Source of the DNA: Myxococcota bacterium
GTDB taxonomy: Bacteria > Myxococcota_A > UBA9042 > PHBI01 > JAWLBL01
Reading direction: 5' to 3'
Assembly (NCBI GenBank): GCA_041687695.1
Contig: JAWLBL010000005.1
Coordinates: 36,382 to 100,381, forward strand
Length of the DNA: 64,000 nt
The translations under genes were made by a program, and so were the position numbers. Below the pieces are notes generated by a model, which had not been told where the DNA came from, did not search any database, and saw only the letters and a program-made list of their open reading frames with translations. Shown here piece by piece: positions 1-8,943 of the stretch (its first letter is position 1; each line of letters opens with the position of its first letter).

Positions 1-3
1 TCG

Positions 4-1410
4 TCATCGGTGAGCCGGCGTGCGCAAGCCCCGACACCACCTGGACACGCGGTCCCGCTCGCGCGACGAGAGGATGGCCCATGCTGGGCCGTTACGGATC
101 TGCCAACCCAGAACCTCGTTCGAGACGCCGTAGCGGGTGCGGAGGAGGTTTGCAGCATCATCGAAGGAGCTCGCCTCGGCGATGGCGCGGAAGGCGGTCT
201 CGCGGGGCAGCAGGAACTCGGCGGCGAAAGCGCGCGCCCGCTGCTCGAGGTGCTTGGGCGTCGAACCTCCGACGACATCGACGACTGGGAGGTGCCGAGT
301 GCGGTCGATGAGCAGGTGTGCGATCTCGTGGCACAGGGTGGCACGCCGACCGCTGCTGGACCCGGCGTGACGCCCCTTGGGGTTGAGCAACACGGCGGGG
401 CCGTGGCGAGCGCCCCAGACGGCGACGGCGTCCAGCTCGCGCTCCAGAGGCGGGAGTTCGTCGATACCGACAGCCCAGCCTGCCAGGAGCTCTTCCGGAG
501 AGACCCGGTCGTCGTGGATGTCGAGGACGGTGCGGAGCCACTGCGCGAGGACGTAGCCCTGTTGGTGAGGGGGGGCCGCGCCCACCGCGTCGAGCACGGC
601 CTGGGCCCCACGAGCCAGGTCATCGAGGATGGGCGTCGAGTAGAGGGGTTGGTCGGAAACAGCAAACACGACGGCGCGCCGAGTCGAGTCTGAGAGAGGT
701 TGGCTGAGACGTGCAGCCGCTGATACGGGGCTCTCCATCGGGTCCGCCGGGTCTCCCCACCAGGTCTCAGGGTCCGCTCCGGCAGGCGTCCAGTCGGCGC
801 GCCGCTCGGCGTCGAGCCCGGTCCGCCAATCCAAGATCCGCGATCGAGACGGCGCACGGCGATCCCAGCGGGCGAACGCCGCCATCGCCCTTGGTGCGGC
901 CTCGGCGCCGAGGTGAGCGCGAAGCTGCGAGACGGCTCCTTCTAGAACGCGGAGCGTTTCCTGGTACGGCAACCACAGGGCGAGGTCCCGCGTGCGCAGG
1001 CGGAACCCGAGCCCCTCGCGGACGAGCCACACGGGAGGGAGAGTGAGGCCCTTCAAGCCGGCTGCGAGGTCGTGTCGGTGCTGGTAGGCATGGACCGCGT
1101 CTTCGACGACCAGCGGGTCTGCGCCCTGTGCGGTAGCAAGGACCGAAGGAGACCTCAGCTCGTCGAACTCCACGTTAGGCAACCCGAAGGGTGGCTGGTC
1201 TTCGTGCAGCAGATGGCCCCAGGCGCGCGCAAGGTGCTCGACGAGGTCGATCCAGGTCCATGCGACCGGCCGCTCTGGATCGTCGCCGCTCCAATGACGC
1301 AGCCCTCCGACCCATAGCACGAGGCCTCCCCAAGCGAGGCCCTGGACATCCTTCGGGATGTCGCGGCTCCAAGAGAAGTCGAACGCCAGGTGAGCGCGGT
1401 CTCCGATCAC
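4..1410 (-). CDS. ImmA/IrrE family metallo-endopeptidase domain protein
   Basis: C-terminal RATLCHEIAHLLID...EQRARAFAAEFLLP (HExxH plus E-xx-A-xx-FA-x-E-L motif). Start placed at GTG 1410, which overlaps the upstream TGA (GTGA); ATG 1434 is an alternative. Confidence 0.8.
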   Translation of the reverse strand: MIGDRAHLAFDFSWSRDIPKDVQGLAWGGLVLWVGGLRHWSGDDPERPVAWTWIDLVEHLARAWGHLLHEDQPPFGLPNVEFDELRSPSVLATAQGADPLVVEDAVHAYQHRHDLAAGLKGLTLPPVWLVREGLGFRLRTRDLALWLPYQETLRVLEGAVSQLRAHLGAEAAPRAMAAFARWDRRAPSRSRILDWRTGLDAERRADWTPAGADPETWWGDPADPMESPVSAAARLSQPLSDSTRRAVVFAVSDQPLYSTPILDDLARGAQAVLDAVGAAPPHQQGYVLAQWLRTVLDIHDDRVSPEELLAGWAVGIDELPPLERELDAVAVWGARHGPAVLLNPKGRHAGSSSGRRATLCHEIAHLLIDRTRHLPVVDVVGGSTPKHLEQRARAFAAEFLLPRETAFRAIAEASSFDDAANLLRTRYGVSNEVLGWQIRNGPAWAILSSRERDRVSRWCRGLRTPAHR

Positions 1411-1820
1411 GGCTCGCTGTGCTTCTTCAGCCATCGCTCGAAGATCTCCTGGGTCCCTTCCTTGGCCGCGCGCTTTCGGAGCTCCTCGCGGATGCTTCCC
1501 GGCATGCGTCCGCGCCAAGGATAGCCGTGGTAGCTCCGACCTGCCAGCGTGGTCACAGCCTTATAGGGAACACCGCGGTAGACGTTGTAAATCGCGTCGG
1601 GGCCATCCACGAGGTCGTCTTCATAGAGCGAGGGCTCGGGGATGCCGGTCCGGAGCAGCGTTTGCGCCAGGTCATCCGTGATCGAGTTGTGGCACTTGCC
1701 GACCTGGCCGCGTTTGGATGGGAGGAAGCCGGCTTCATCGCGGTTCCAGCAATGCTTGGTGCGGCCTTCGCCCCGTTCATAGGTGAAATGCTTCAGGTCG
1801 TGGTGTTCAGGCCACTCCAT
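1407..1820 (-). CDS. hypothetical protein, possible toxin partner of the ImmA/IrrE protein
   Basis: Clean 137-aa ORF from ATG 1820, coupled to the downstream gene; contains KHCW and YHGYPW motifs. Confidence 0.65.
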   Translation of the reverse strand: MEWPEHHDLKHFTYERGEGRTKHCWNRDEAGFLPSKRGQVGKCHNSITDDLAQTLLRTGIPEPSLYEDDLVDGPDAIYNVYRGVPYKAVTTLAGRSYHGYPWRGRMPGSIREELRKRAAKEGTQEIFERWLKKHSEP

Positions 1821-2007
1821 GACGAGTCCCTCGGCCAAGTGGGAGGCCGTCTCGGGTTAGCATGCGGGACTCCGTCGCGCAACAGCCTGCTGAAGGGCGG
1901 GGCGGCGGGGGATGTGGCCGGGGCGCTCGTAGTTGCCAAGCGGGACTCGAGCCTCCGAACCAAGGCCGAGCTCGTCTCCCCGCTTGGCGACCCGCAAGGT
2001 GCGCGCG

Positions 2008-2463
2008 CTAAGCGCGCGCGGACGCTTTCGAATGCCGCCCGCCGCGGTTCGCGGACGGGCGGATCGGATTGCCCTGGGCGGGGATGACGAAGCGGACGCC
2101 TCCGGTGGGGTCGTCGACGTCGCCCTGGTAGCGGGGGATGACGTGGACGTGCAGGTGCATGACGGTCTGGCCGGCGGCGGGGTGGACGTTGATGCCGATG
2201 TTGTAGCCGTCGGGGGCGTGGGAGGCGTCGAGGGAGCGCTTGACGTCGCCGACGAGGGCGAAGAGGGCGCGCTGCTCGTCGGGGGTGGCGTCGAACCAGG
2301 TGGGGACGAGGCGCTTGGGGATGACGAGGGTGTGGCCGGGGGAGACCGGGAAGCCGTCGCGGAGGGCGAAGGCGAGGTCGTTCTCGGCGACGCGGTCGGA
2401 GGCCGGGCGGTCGAGGAAGACGGAGGAGGTGGGCGGCGGGGTGGAGGGGGTCGGCGTCGTCAT
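2008..2463 (-). CDS. HIT family protein (complete HIT domain, short non-conserved tail; possibly a truncated longer gene)
   Basis: DGFPVSPGHTLVIPKR...GYNIGIN...AGQTVMHLHVHVIPRY histidine triad. Confidence 0.8.
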   Translation of the reverse strand: MTTPTPSTPPPTSSVFLDRPASDRVAENDLAFALRDGFPVSPGHTLVIPKRLVPTWFDATPDEQRALFALVGDVKRSLDASHAPDGYNIGINVHPAAGQTVMHLHVHVIPRYQGDVDDPTGGVRFVIPAQGNPIRPSANRGGRHSKASARA

Positions 2464-2500
2464 GGGGGCGAGGATGGACCAGGGGGGCGCGGGGGGCAAG
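2068..2500 (-). repeat. HIT 5'-end repeat copy 1 (promoter plus >=132 codons)
   Basis: Near-identical to 5135-5470, 7089-7343 and 8207-8325, and degenerately to 10801-10921. Confidence 0.9.
2471..2499 (-). promoter_or_regulatory. putative sigma70-type leaderless promoter in repeat copy 1
   Basis: TTGCCC-17 nt-CATCCT-7 nt-ATG, with no Shine-Dalgarno. Confidence 0.5.
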
Positions 2501-2510
2501 GTGGGCCGTG

Positions 2511-3602
2511 TCAGGTGTAGGTCCTTGCAGCCCCGGTGGCTTCGACGTGACTGGTTCCGTCCGCGCGGAGGCGAATCGTCACGCGGCTGGGGCCTGCGCT
2601 CGTGGGCGCGGGGGTCCAGCCGGCCTGGAGGCATTTGGCGTGGGCGTGGCCGGCGGTGAGAGCGAGTGTTTCGGCGCGGGGGCGGAGCCGGTCGAGGACG
2701 ACCTGGTGCGGTAGCTGGGACCTGGCGAAGGGCGTGATGACCGCGATGCGGGTCTTGTCCGGGCTCGCGTGGAGGTCCCAGGCTTCGTCCAGCCAGGCGT
2801 GCCTGGAGCCGTGGTGGGGCACGCTCACGACGTGGACGTTGGTGAGGGTGTCGGCCTCGCCGCCGCGGGTCAGCTCGCGTAGGACGCCCCGCCAGCCGCG
2901 GGTCGGATTGGTTGGTGCCTCCACGTCGCCGCCGAGGAGGATCTTCCAGCCGCTCCAGCGCAGGACCAGGCCGAGGGAGACGAGATTGGGGTGGTCGCCC
3001 GGGCTCCGTTCACCCGTGAGGCGCTTCAGGGTGTTGTCGGCGATGGCGGGACGCTCGCCTCGCCACTCGACGATGTTCTGGAGCTGTCTGCGAGAGGCGT
3101 TCAGGTCGGCCGGAAGCGGGGCGATGACCGCGACGGAGGCGCCATCCGGCTGCCAGGCACGCTCCTTGGAGTTGAAGGCGACGTCGAGGCAGCGGTTGTC
3201 TCGAGCGAGCTGGTCCAGCCTCTCGAGTGCTGCGGCGAGGCGGCGCTGGCTGGGCGAGCGGCCGCCCCAACGGGTGAGGAGGTCTCGGACGAGCGATAGC
3301 GTGGGCCAGGTCCACGCGAGACGGACATCGAAGCGGCGAAGTAGAACGTCGAGGCCGTCGACGTGGTCGAGGTCCGGGTGCGTGACGATGAGGTGGTCGA
3401 TGGTCGTGACCCCGAGGTCATCGAGGAGGTCTCCCGTGAGAGAGCGGCCCTCGTGCTCGCAGCAATCGACGACGAGTGTGAGGCCGGACGGCAGACGAAT
3501 CACGGTGGATTCGCCGAAGCCCGGACCGAGGAAGTGGAGGGTCAGCTCCGGGGCAGGCGGTGACGCGGGGGCGCTGGGCGGGGGATCAGACCTCGAGGCC
3601 AT
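2511..3602 (-). CDS. MBL-fold metallo-hydrolase (ComEC/Rec2-like, putative nuclease)
   Basis: LHFLGPGFGES, VVDC, THPDLDHVDG (HxDxDH), LLGGD and VPHHGS motifs; ATG 3602. Confidence 0.85.
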   Translation of the reverse strand: MASRSDPPPSAPASPPAPELTLHFLGPGFGESTVIRLPSGLTLVVDCCEHEGRSLTGDLLDDLGVTTIDHLIVTHPDLDHVDGLDVLLRRFDVRLAWTWPTLSLVRDLLTRWGGRSPSQRRLAAALERLDQLARDNRCLDVAFNSKERAWQPDGASVAVIAPLPADLNASRRQLQNIVEWRGERPAIADNTLKRLTGERSPGDHPNLVSLGLVLRWSGWKILLGGDVEAPTNPTRGWRGVLRELTRGGEADTLTNVHVVSVPHHGSRHAWLDEAWDLHASPDKTRIAVITPFARSQLPHQVVLDRLRPRAETLALTAGHAHAKCLQAGWTPAPTSAGPSRVTIRLRADGTSHVEATGAARTYT

Positions 3603-5061
3603 CGCCTTGACTCCGCGCCGGTAGCCGCTTGTGCTCGAGGCCGGCGAGCCAGGGGTAGTCCGCCAGGAGGTCTGCCCAGATCTCCGCGGCCAGGGCCTTG
3701 CGGGCCGGGAGGATGAGCCATCGGGCGTGGTCGCGGCCGTGAAGCGCAACGGTCCGCGCCAGGTGCTCGCGGAGCTCGGAGCGGACGTCACGCCCCAGGC
3801 GGGCGTCGAAGCCGAGGCGTCGGCCGTGATAGAGCGGATTGTACGAGTCGGCGTCGGCGAGGCGGCAGGAGCTCAGGTAGGCGTCGGCGATCTGCCGGTC
3901 GAGGGTTTCGTCCGGGGCCGTCCGCGAGCGCTCGAGATTGAACCCGAGGTACTGCCATGCGTAGGCGTCCTCGGCATCGAACCTGGAGACGATCGTCGCG
4001 TACACCGCGGCGGCCTCACGGTAGAGCGCCGGCCGCCGGGCAGCGTGCGCGCGGTGACTGAGTTGGGCGGCGATGACGCGGAGGTCACTTGCGTAAAAGC
4101 GTGCAGTATCGAGCGCTAGCTGGAGGCTCCCGCCGAGGATGGCCTGTCGGTGGGCTTCGAGCGCGGCCTCGGGATCGCGGTTGGATTGTAGAGTGCGCGC
4201 CAGCTCGGAGCGCAGGAGTTGCGTCTCATCGCGGGCGACCAGGGCCTGCCTTCGTGCCAGCCGGTCGCGGAGGGGAGCGGCGATGGCCACGGTGCCGTTG
4301 CCGAGCTGCGTGAGTGCTCCCGACCTTCGGAGCAGGTTGATGGCGGCGCTGGAGAGTCGCCGGAGGCCGTCCTCGCCGGGTCCGAAAGGGCCGATGACGC
4401 CATTGATGGGATGTGCCTCGCGCAGGAGGGCCAAGCGGCGTAGCGAGGTGCGGGTCTCGGGATCCAGGAGATCCTCGTAGGCCGCGACGAGGGCGTCGTC
4501 GGGATCGTCTGCGCTACTGAGGAGCCTATGGAGGTGGTTGGCCTCGGCTCGTCCTTCGGCGACCATCCAACGCGCGAGGGGCCACAGTGCTGGGGCGACG
4601 TCGGGGAGCTCGGCAGAGGCGACGTGTTCGGTCGCGGTCGCGATGCGCCGGGCGTCCATGGCCTCGGTCACTTCAGGGCGGGGAGCGGACCTGACGAAGG
4701 TCCAGCCGTGCTCGGCGCCGAAGTCGAGAACGCTGGAGAAGAACTGGGCGCGTTCGCGCTGATTGGTCGCGTCGTCGAAGACGGCCTGTCCGGTGGGCGG
4801 AGACAGGTAAGCGGCGTCGGGATCGATGAGCGCAAGCGGAGCGTTGCCGCGCGTGCGAAGGGACTCGAAGGCGGCGGCGGCGCGCGCACGCCAGGGGGTG
4901 GCAGGATCGACAGCCTCGTCGCGCGCTTCGCCTGGGGCTCCCGCGTGGAGGGCCAGCAGAACGGAGAGGCGCAGGTGCGCGTCGTTCCCGTCACGGACCA
5001 GGACGGCGGGGACATCGGGGGGGACATCGACGCGGTCGGTGATTTGGGCGCGGCCGGTCAT
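3586..5061 (-). CDS. hypothetical protein with STAND-like winged-helix and TPR-like C-terminus, no clear Walker A
   Basis: ATG 5061; LDPETRTSLRRLALL...LLRRSGAL wHTH-like segment; DAYAWQYLGFNL TPR-like helix; overlaps the MBL gene. Confidence 0.6.
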   Translation of the reverse strand: MTGRAQITDRVDVPPDVPAVLVRDGNDAHLRLSVLLALHAGAPGEARDEAVDPATPWRARAAAAFESLRTRGNAPLALIDPDAAYLSPPTGQAVFDDATNQRERAQFFSSVLDFGAEHGWTFVRSAPRPEVTEAMDARRIATATEHVASAELPDVAPALWPLARWMVAEGRAEANHLHRLLSSADDPDDALVAAYEDLLDPETRTSLRRLALLREAHPINGVIGPFGPGEDGLRRLSSAAINLLRRSGALTQLGNGTVAIAAPLRDRLARRQALVARDETQLLRSELARTLQSNRDPEAALEAHRQAILGGSLQLALDTARFYASDLRVIAAQLSHRAHAARRPALYREAAAVYATIVSRFDAEDAYAWQYLGFNLERSRTAPDETLDRQIADAYLSSCRLADADSYNPLYHGRRLGFDARLGRDVRSELREHLARTVALHGRDHARWLILPARKALAAEIWADLLADYPWLAGLEHKRLPARSQGDGLEV

Positions 5062-5429
5062 GGCCGGACCATAGCGCCATGGGAGGTGGGGCTCAATGGG
5101 TAGCGACGGTGGGCTGGGGGCGCGGGGGGGATGCGGCCGGCGGCGGGGTGGACGTTGATGCCGATGTTGTAGCCGTCGGGGGCGTGGGAGGCGTCGAGGG
5201 AGCGCTTGACGTCGCCAATGAGGGCGAAGAGGGCGCGCTGCTCGTCGGGGGTGGCGTCGAACCAGGTGGGGACGAGGCGCTGGGGGATGACCAGGGTGTG
5301 GCCGGGGGAGACCGGGAAGCCGTCGCGGAGGGCGAAGGCGAGGTCGTTCTCGGCGACGCGGCCTTCGGCCGGGCGGTCGAGGAAGACGGAGGAGGTGGGC
5401 GGCGGGGTGGAGGGGGTCGGCGTCGTCAT
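5058..5429 (-). pseudogene. 3'-truncated HIT gene fragment (lacks the histidine triad)
   Basis: Near-identical to copy 1 up to ...NVHPAAG, then unrelated; its TGA overlaps the ATG of the next gene. Confidence 0.8.
5068..5096 (-). promoter_or_regulatory. putative sigma70 leaderless promoter of the 5061 gene
   Basis: TTGAGC-17 nt-TATGGT-6 nt-ATG. Confidence 0.55.
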
Positions 5430-5470
5430 GGGGGCGAGGATGGACCAGCGGGGGGCGGGGGGCAATGGGG
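5135..5470 (-). repeat. HIT 5'-end repeat copy 2 (promoter plus ~98 codons)
   Basis: Direct sequence match to copy 1; promoter TTGCCC(5465-5460)-17-CATCCT(5442-5437). Confidence 0.9.
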
Positions 5471-5495
5471 CGAGGGCTGGTCCTTTCGGACGCGC

Positions 5496-6476
5496 TCAAG
5501 CTGCGAAGGGGAGACTGTTCGCGACGTCGCACTCTGCCGAGTCCAGAGAGGTGGGGGCCTGGGTTGGCGTCCCTCCGAGCCACGCGAATGGAAGAGGATG
5601 CGTGGCGCCGCTTCGGATGGCTTCACGGAACTCCAGAGCGGCCCGAGGCGGCTGGCCAAGGGCGACGTAGGCGATGCCCCTGAGGAGATGAGGCTCGAAG
5701 CGCTCCGGAGCCATGCGTTGGGCTCGCTCGAGCCACTCGAGCGCACAGTCCAGGTTCCCCATCCGCCGGTAGATGATCGCCAACTCGAGCGAGGCACCAA
5801 AGCTGATGGCCGCGACTGGGCTGTCGTCGTGCGATGCCAGAGCTCGCTCCAGGACGGCTGCTGCCTGCTCGAAGAGGTCGGTCTGTTCGCGGCCAGGCGG
5901 CAGCTCGATGGCCCGTCGGAAGAGCACGTCAGCAGCGCGCATCGTCAGGCGCGGATTCGCGTGCGGGTTGGCAAGGATTCCCTGGGCGCGCTGGACGGCT
6001 TCTTCGGTTCGGTTGGCGCGAACCAGGTAGTCCAGACCAACGATGACGTAAGTGGGTCGAGCGGTGGTCATGCGCGCCGCATGATCGATGAACTCGATCG
6101 CCGCGTCGTACAGCCCCAACCCGGCCCATGCGCGCGCACGGCAGTAGGCTCGAATGTCTTCGTCGACGACATGCTGCAGGCGGCGAGCAATCTCGAGGAC
6201 CTGGCGCCAATCCCCCTGCCGCAGCGCCTCCGCCAGCATTGGAGGGTTGGCAGGCTCCGCATGTTCTGGGTTGTTCGTCTCATCGCCAGTCAGCGAGTAC
6301 AAGTCCGCGGAGAGGCCATGGACGATTGGGAGGTCGTCGGGTGACAGTTGATCCCAGGTCTCGTGCATGGCATCGCGCAAGGCATCCGCCTCATCCGTAT
6401 CGCCAAGCCCCTCACGGATGAGTCGATGCAGTTCGAGAGTCTGCTTGATGTGTTGGAAGAGTGGGCTCACTTCCAT
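5496..6476 (-). CDS. tetratricopeptide repeat protein
   Basis: Several TPR-like helical pairs (ARAWAGLGLYDAAIEF, LAIIYRRMGNLDCALEWLERA); GAGGAGG RBS. Confidence 0.75.
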   Translation of the reverse strand: MEVSPLFQHIKQTLELHRLIREGLGDTDEADALRDAMHETWDQLSPDDLPIVHGLSADLYSLTGDETNNPEHAEPANPPMLAEALRQGDWRQVLEIARRLQHVVDEDIRAYCRARAWAGLGLYDAAIEFIDHAARMTTARPTYVIVGLDYLVRANRTEEAVQRAQGILANPHANPRLTMRAADVLFRRAIELPPGREQTDLFEQAAAVLERALASHDDSPVAAISFGASLELAIIYRRMGNLDCALEWLERAQRMAPERFEPHLLRGIAYVALGQPPRAALEFREAIRSGATHPLPFAWLGGTPTQAPTSLDSAECDVANSLPFAA

Positions 6477-6482
6477 CCCTCC

Positions 6483-6905
6483 TCATGGTCCTTGCTCATC
6501 GATGAACCAGTCGGCACGCGTTCCCGCGAGCGCACGTTCATAGTCGCTGAGTTGCATTGGCACGACGGGCCCGACAACGCCATGACCTGGTCTGTCGACA
6601 CAAAGCAACAAGCTTGAAGTGAGTGGTCCTGATTCCCACACGCTGTCCCTGAGACGCCATACGTGTGTGCGGTCGTTGCCCGTGGCGCCCGGAACCAAGT
6701 GACGCAGTCGTCGCGGGACGGCAAACGGTGGAAGGTCGCGAAGCGTAGGAGCTACCGACATTCCACGACAGGGCTCCGTGGGCTGAACCGCGCCGGTGGC
6801 GTCGGGGCTGATGTCCTTCGGGACGCGAACGCCCAACTTGTCGGCTCCGCGTCCCACGAGAGGGCCGCCTCCGTCACGCCGCATCCCACGCAGGACCCGC
6901 GACAT
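6483..6905 (-). CDS. hypothetical protein, possible Tse2-like ADP-ribosyltransferase-fold toxin
   Basis: 140 aa with R-x-M, LGVR..DI, GMSV and HG-x-V-x-P motifs reminiscent of Tse2-like ART proteins; directly upstream of the TPR gene. Confidence 0.5.
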   Translation of the reverse strand: MSRVLRGMRRDGGGPLVGRGADKLGVRVPKDISPDATGAVQPTEPCRGMSVAPTLRDLPPFAVPRRLRHLVPGATGNDRTHVWRLRDSVWESGPLTSSLLLCVDRPGHGVVGPVVPMQLSDYERALAGTRADWFIDEQGP

Positions 6906-6973
6906 ACGATACCTCCTCGCGGCTTACGCCCGGAGCCTAACACCTGCGGCCGCCCGAGGCGACAACCTTGCGG

Positions 6974-7300
6974 TCATGAGCCACGGGACGGTCGTGAGGG
7001 GGCTTCGATGACCTTCTCGGCGAGCTGGCGGGTGGTGAGGACGTCGGGGGGCGCGCCGGTGCGGGTGGTGCCCTCGAGGCCGAGGTCGATGAGGGCGAAG
7101 AGGCCGCGCTGCTCGTCGGGGGTGGCGTCGAACCAGGTGGGGACGAGGCGCTTGGGGATGACGAGGGTGTGGCCGGGGCTGACCGGGAAGCCGTCGCGGA
7201 GGGCGAAGGCGAGGTCGTTCTCGGCGACGCGGTCGGAGGCCGGGCGGTCGAGGAAGACGGAGGTCGCGGGCGGCGGGGTGGAGGAGGTCGGCGTCGTCAT
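6974..7300 (-). pseudogene. 3'-truncated HIT gene fragment
   Basis: Matches copy 1 up to ...DEQRGLFALI, then unrelated sequence. Confidence 0.8.
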
Positions 7301-7343
7301 GGGGGCGAGGATGGACCAGCGGGGGGCGGGGGGCAATGGGGTG
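7089..7343 (-). repeat. HIT 5'-end repeat copy 3 (promoter plus ~70 codons)
   Basis: Direct match; promoter TTGCCC(7336-7331)-17-CATCCT(7313-7308). Confidence 0.9.
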
Positions 7344-7364
7344 GTGAGCCGGCGAGAGCCGGTG

Positions 7365-8098
7365 CTACGCCGGACGACGGCGCGGTGGCGGGGCCGTCAC
7401 GGACCTGAGGTCCGCGGTGAGGTCACGAAGGTCCTGAGGCAGGTAACCTTGCTGGTCGATGTTGGCGCGCTCGTCGGCATTCAACGCTGGGGCGAGGGCG
7501 GCTTTCTCGACGCGCCAAGAGGCGTAGCGTGGATGGGCTGTCAGGAACCGAGCGATGTGCGAGTCGAAGTGAGCCAGGTGCGAGAGCAAGCGGCCGGATG
7601 AACGCTTGCACGTACCGAAACGGATGATCTGCGAGTCCTCGTCGAGCGCCACCAGATCGATCTCGGTATCGCTGCGGTCCCAGTAGCCCTGGATGCGGTG
7701 CGTCAGGGAGAAGTCACCTATGCCTTTGCGGGCGCGCTCCTCGTAGAGCTGGGCCACAAGACGTTCAAATCCGTATCCTTCGGAGCTCGCGAGTCGTTCG
7801 TCGGCCATGTCGACGAGGATCTCCTCGGGGCGGAAGTTGAGCGCCGACACCGGGCTGGAGAGTGCGTCGAGCCATGCTCGGAGAAAGTTGTCCCTGATGT
7901 AGTAGCGGCTGCGGCGGGCGCGCGGCGCGGCAAAGATGGGGAGGCGCTTTTCCACCATCCGGTACTTCTCGAGGAGGATCTTGAGGTAGCCCCCTACCTG
8001 CTCGGCGGTCTCGGGGCTGACTGCGCGAACGTGGGCCTCGACGTCGCCGTGGGTGCATCCTGGATGGCGGGCCACGAACTTCAGGACGACGTCATAGT
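7365..8098 (-). pseudogene. 5'-truncated archaeal-type ATPase with DUF234/PD-(D/E)XK C-terminal domain (only wHTH and nuclease part remain)
   Basis: RYYIRDNFLRAW, FERLV, GYWDRSDTEIDLVA..GTCK motifs; no Walker A domain and no good start upstream. Confidence 0.7.
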
Positions 8099-8206
8099 CA
8101 TCGTTCGCTCCGCGATGCCGACCCAACTTAAGAAGTTTTCAGTTAGCGGGCGGACGGGCGCAAGAGCTTGATTCGATGCGGGGAATCGTGCTGACGGAGT
8201 GGCGGC

Positions 8207-8325
8207 CCGGGGGAGATGGGGAAGCCGTCGCGGAGGGCGAAGGCGAGGTCGTTCTCGGCGACGCGGCCTTTGGCCGGGCGGTCGAGGAAGACGGAGGACG
8301 GGGGCGGCGGGGTGGAGGGGGGCAT
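8207..8325 (-). repeat. HIT 5'-end repeat copy 4 (~39 codons, no promoter, pseudogene fragment)
   Basis: MPPSTPPPPSSVFLDRPAKGRVAENDLAFALRDGFPISPG; its ATG lies 6 nt after the previous stop codon. Confidence 0.85.
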
Positions 8326-8331
8326 GGCGGC

Positions 8332-8943
8332 TCAGCGGGCGGTGGAGGAGGACCGGCCGCGGGAGAGGAGGTCGTCGTTCACCTGGGGCCAGGGCGCGGG
8401 GTCCCAGTTCTCGATGACCTGGGAGAGGACCCAGTCGAGGGCCTCGGCTGGGGTGAGGGCCGGGAGAGGGACGCGAACCTTGGGAGGCGTGTCGAGGTCG
8501 GGTCCGACGTGGCCGTGGAGGGCGGCGTGTCCGCAGGCGCCGCTGCCCTGCTGGTCGGCCGTGTTCGTGTCCGGGTCGCGGCCCGCGTCGGGGAGGTGAA
8601 CGGCCACGGTCCAGGGAGAGTCGTCGTGGCGGCGGCCCTCGAGCATGATGTTCAGCTGGTAGAGGTGGCCGCGGCGGAGATCGAGCTGGACGAGGACGCT
8701 GAGTCTGGCTTGCGGGAGGTGCGGGAGGCCGCGAAGGGGCTCGGTGCGATCCGGACGTCCGGCGATGTAGTACGAGTGACGATTGCCCGTACCGCGCTCG
8801 TGCGTGAAGCGGCCGCGGATGTTCGTGTCGCAATGCCCGCGCTCGGCAAGGTTCATGAGGCGCTGTCGGATTTGTCCGGTCACTTCGCGCGAAACGGAGC
8901 GGATGGAGCGATGCTCCAGGTAGAGGTCGACCCAGCGCTTCAT
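8332..8943 (-). CDS. hypothetical protein with DUF2290-like C-terminal motif
   Basis: ATGA-coupled start at 8943; HAALHGHVG...KVRVP...LTPAEALDWVL resembles the H-x3-HxHxG...R(I/V)P...LTP motif. Confidence 0.55.
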   Translation of the reverse strand: MKRWVDLYLEHRSIRSVSREVTGQIRQRLMNLAERGHCDTNIRGRFTHERGTGNRHSYYIAGRPDRTEPLRGLPHLPQARLSVLVQLDLRRGHLYQLNIMLEGRRHDDSPWTVAVHLPDAGRDPDTNTADQQGSGACGHAALHGHVGPDLDTPPKVRVPLPALTPAEALDWVLSQVIENWDPAPWPQVNDDLLSRGRSSSTAR

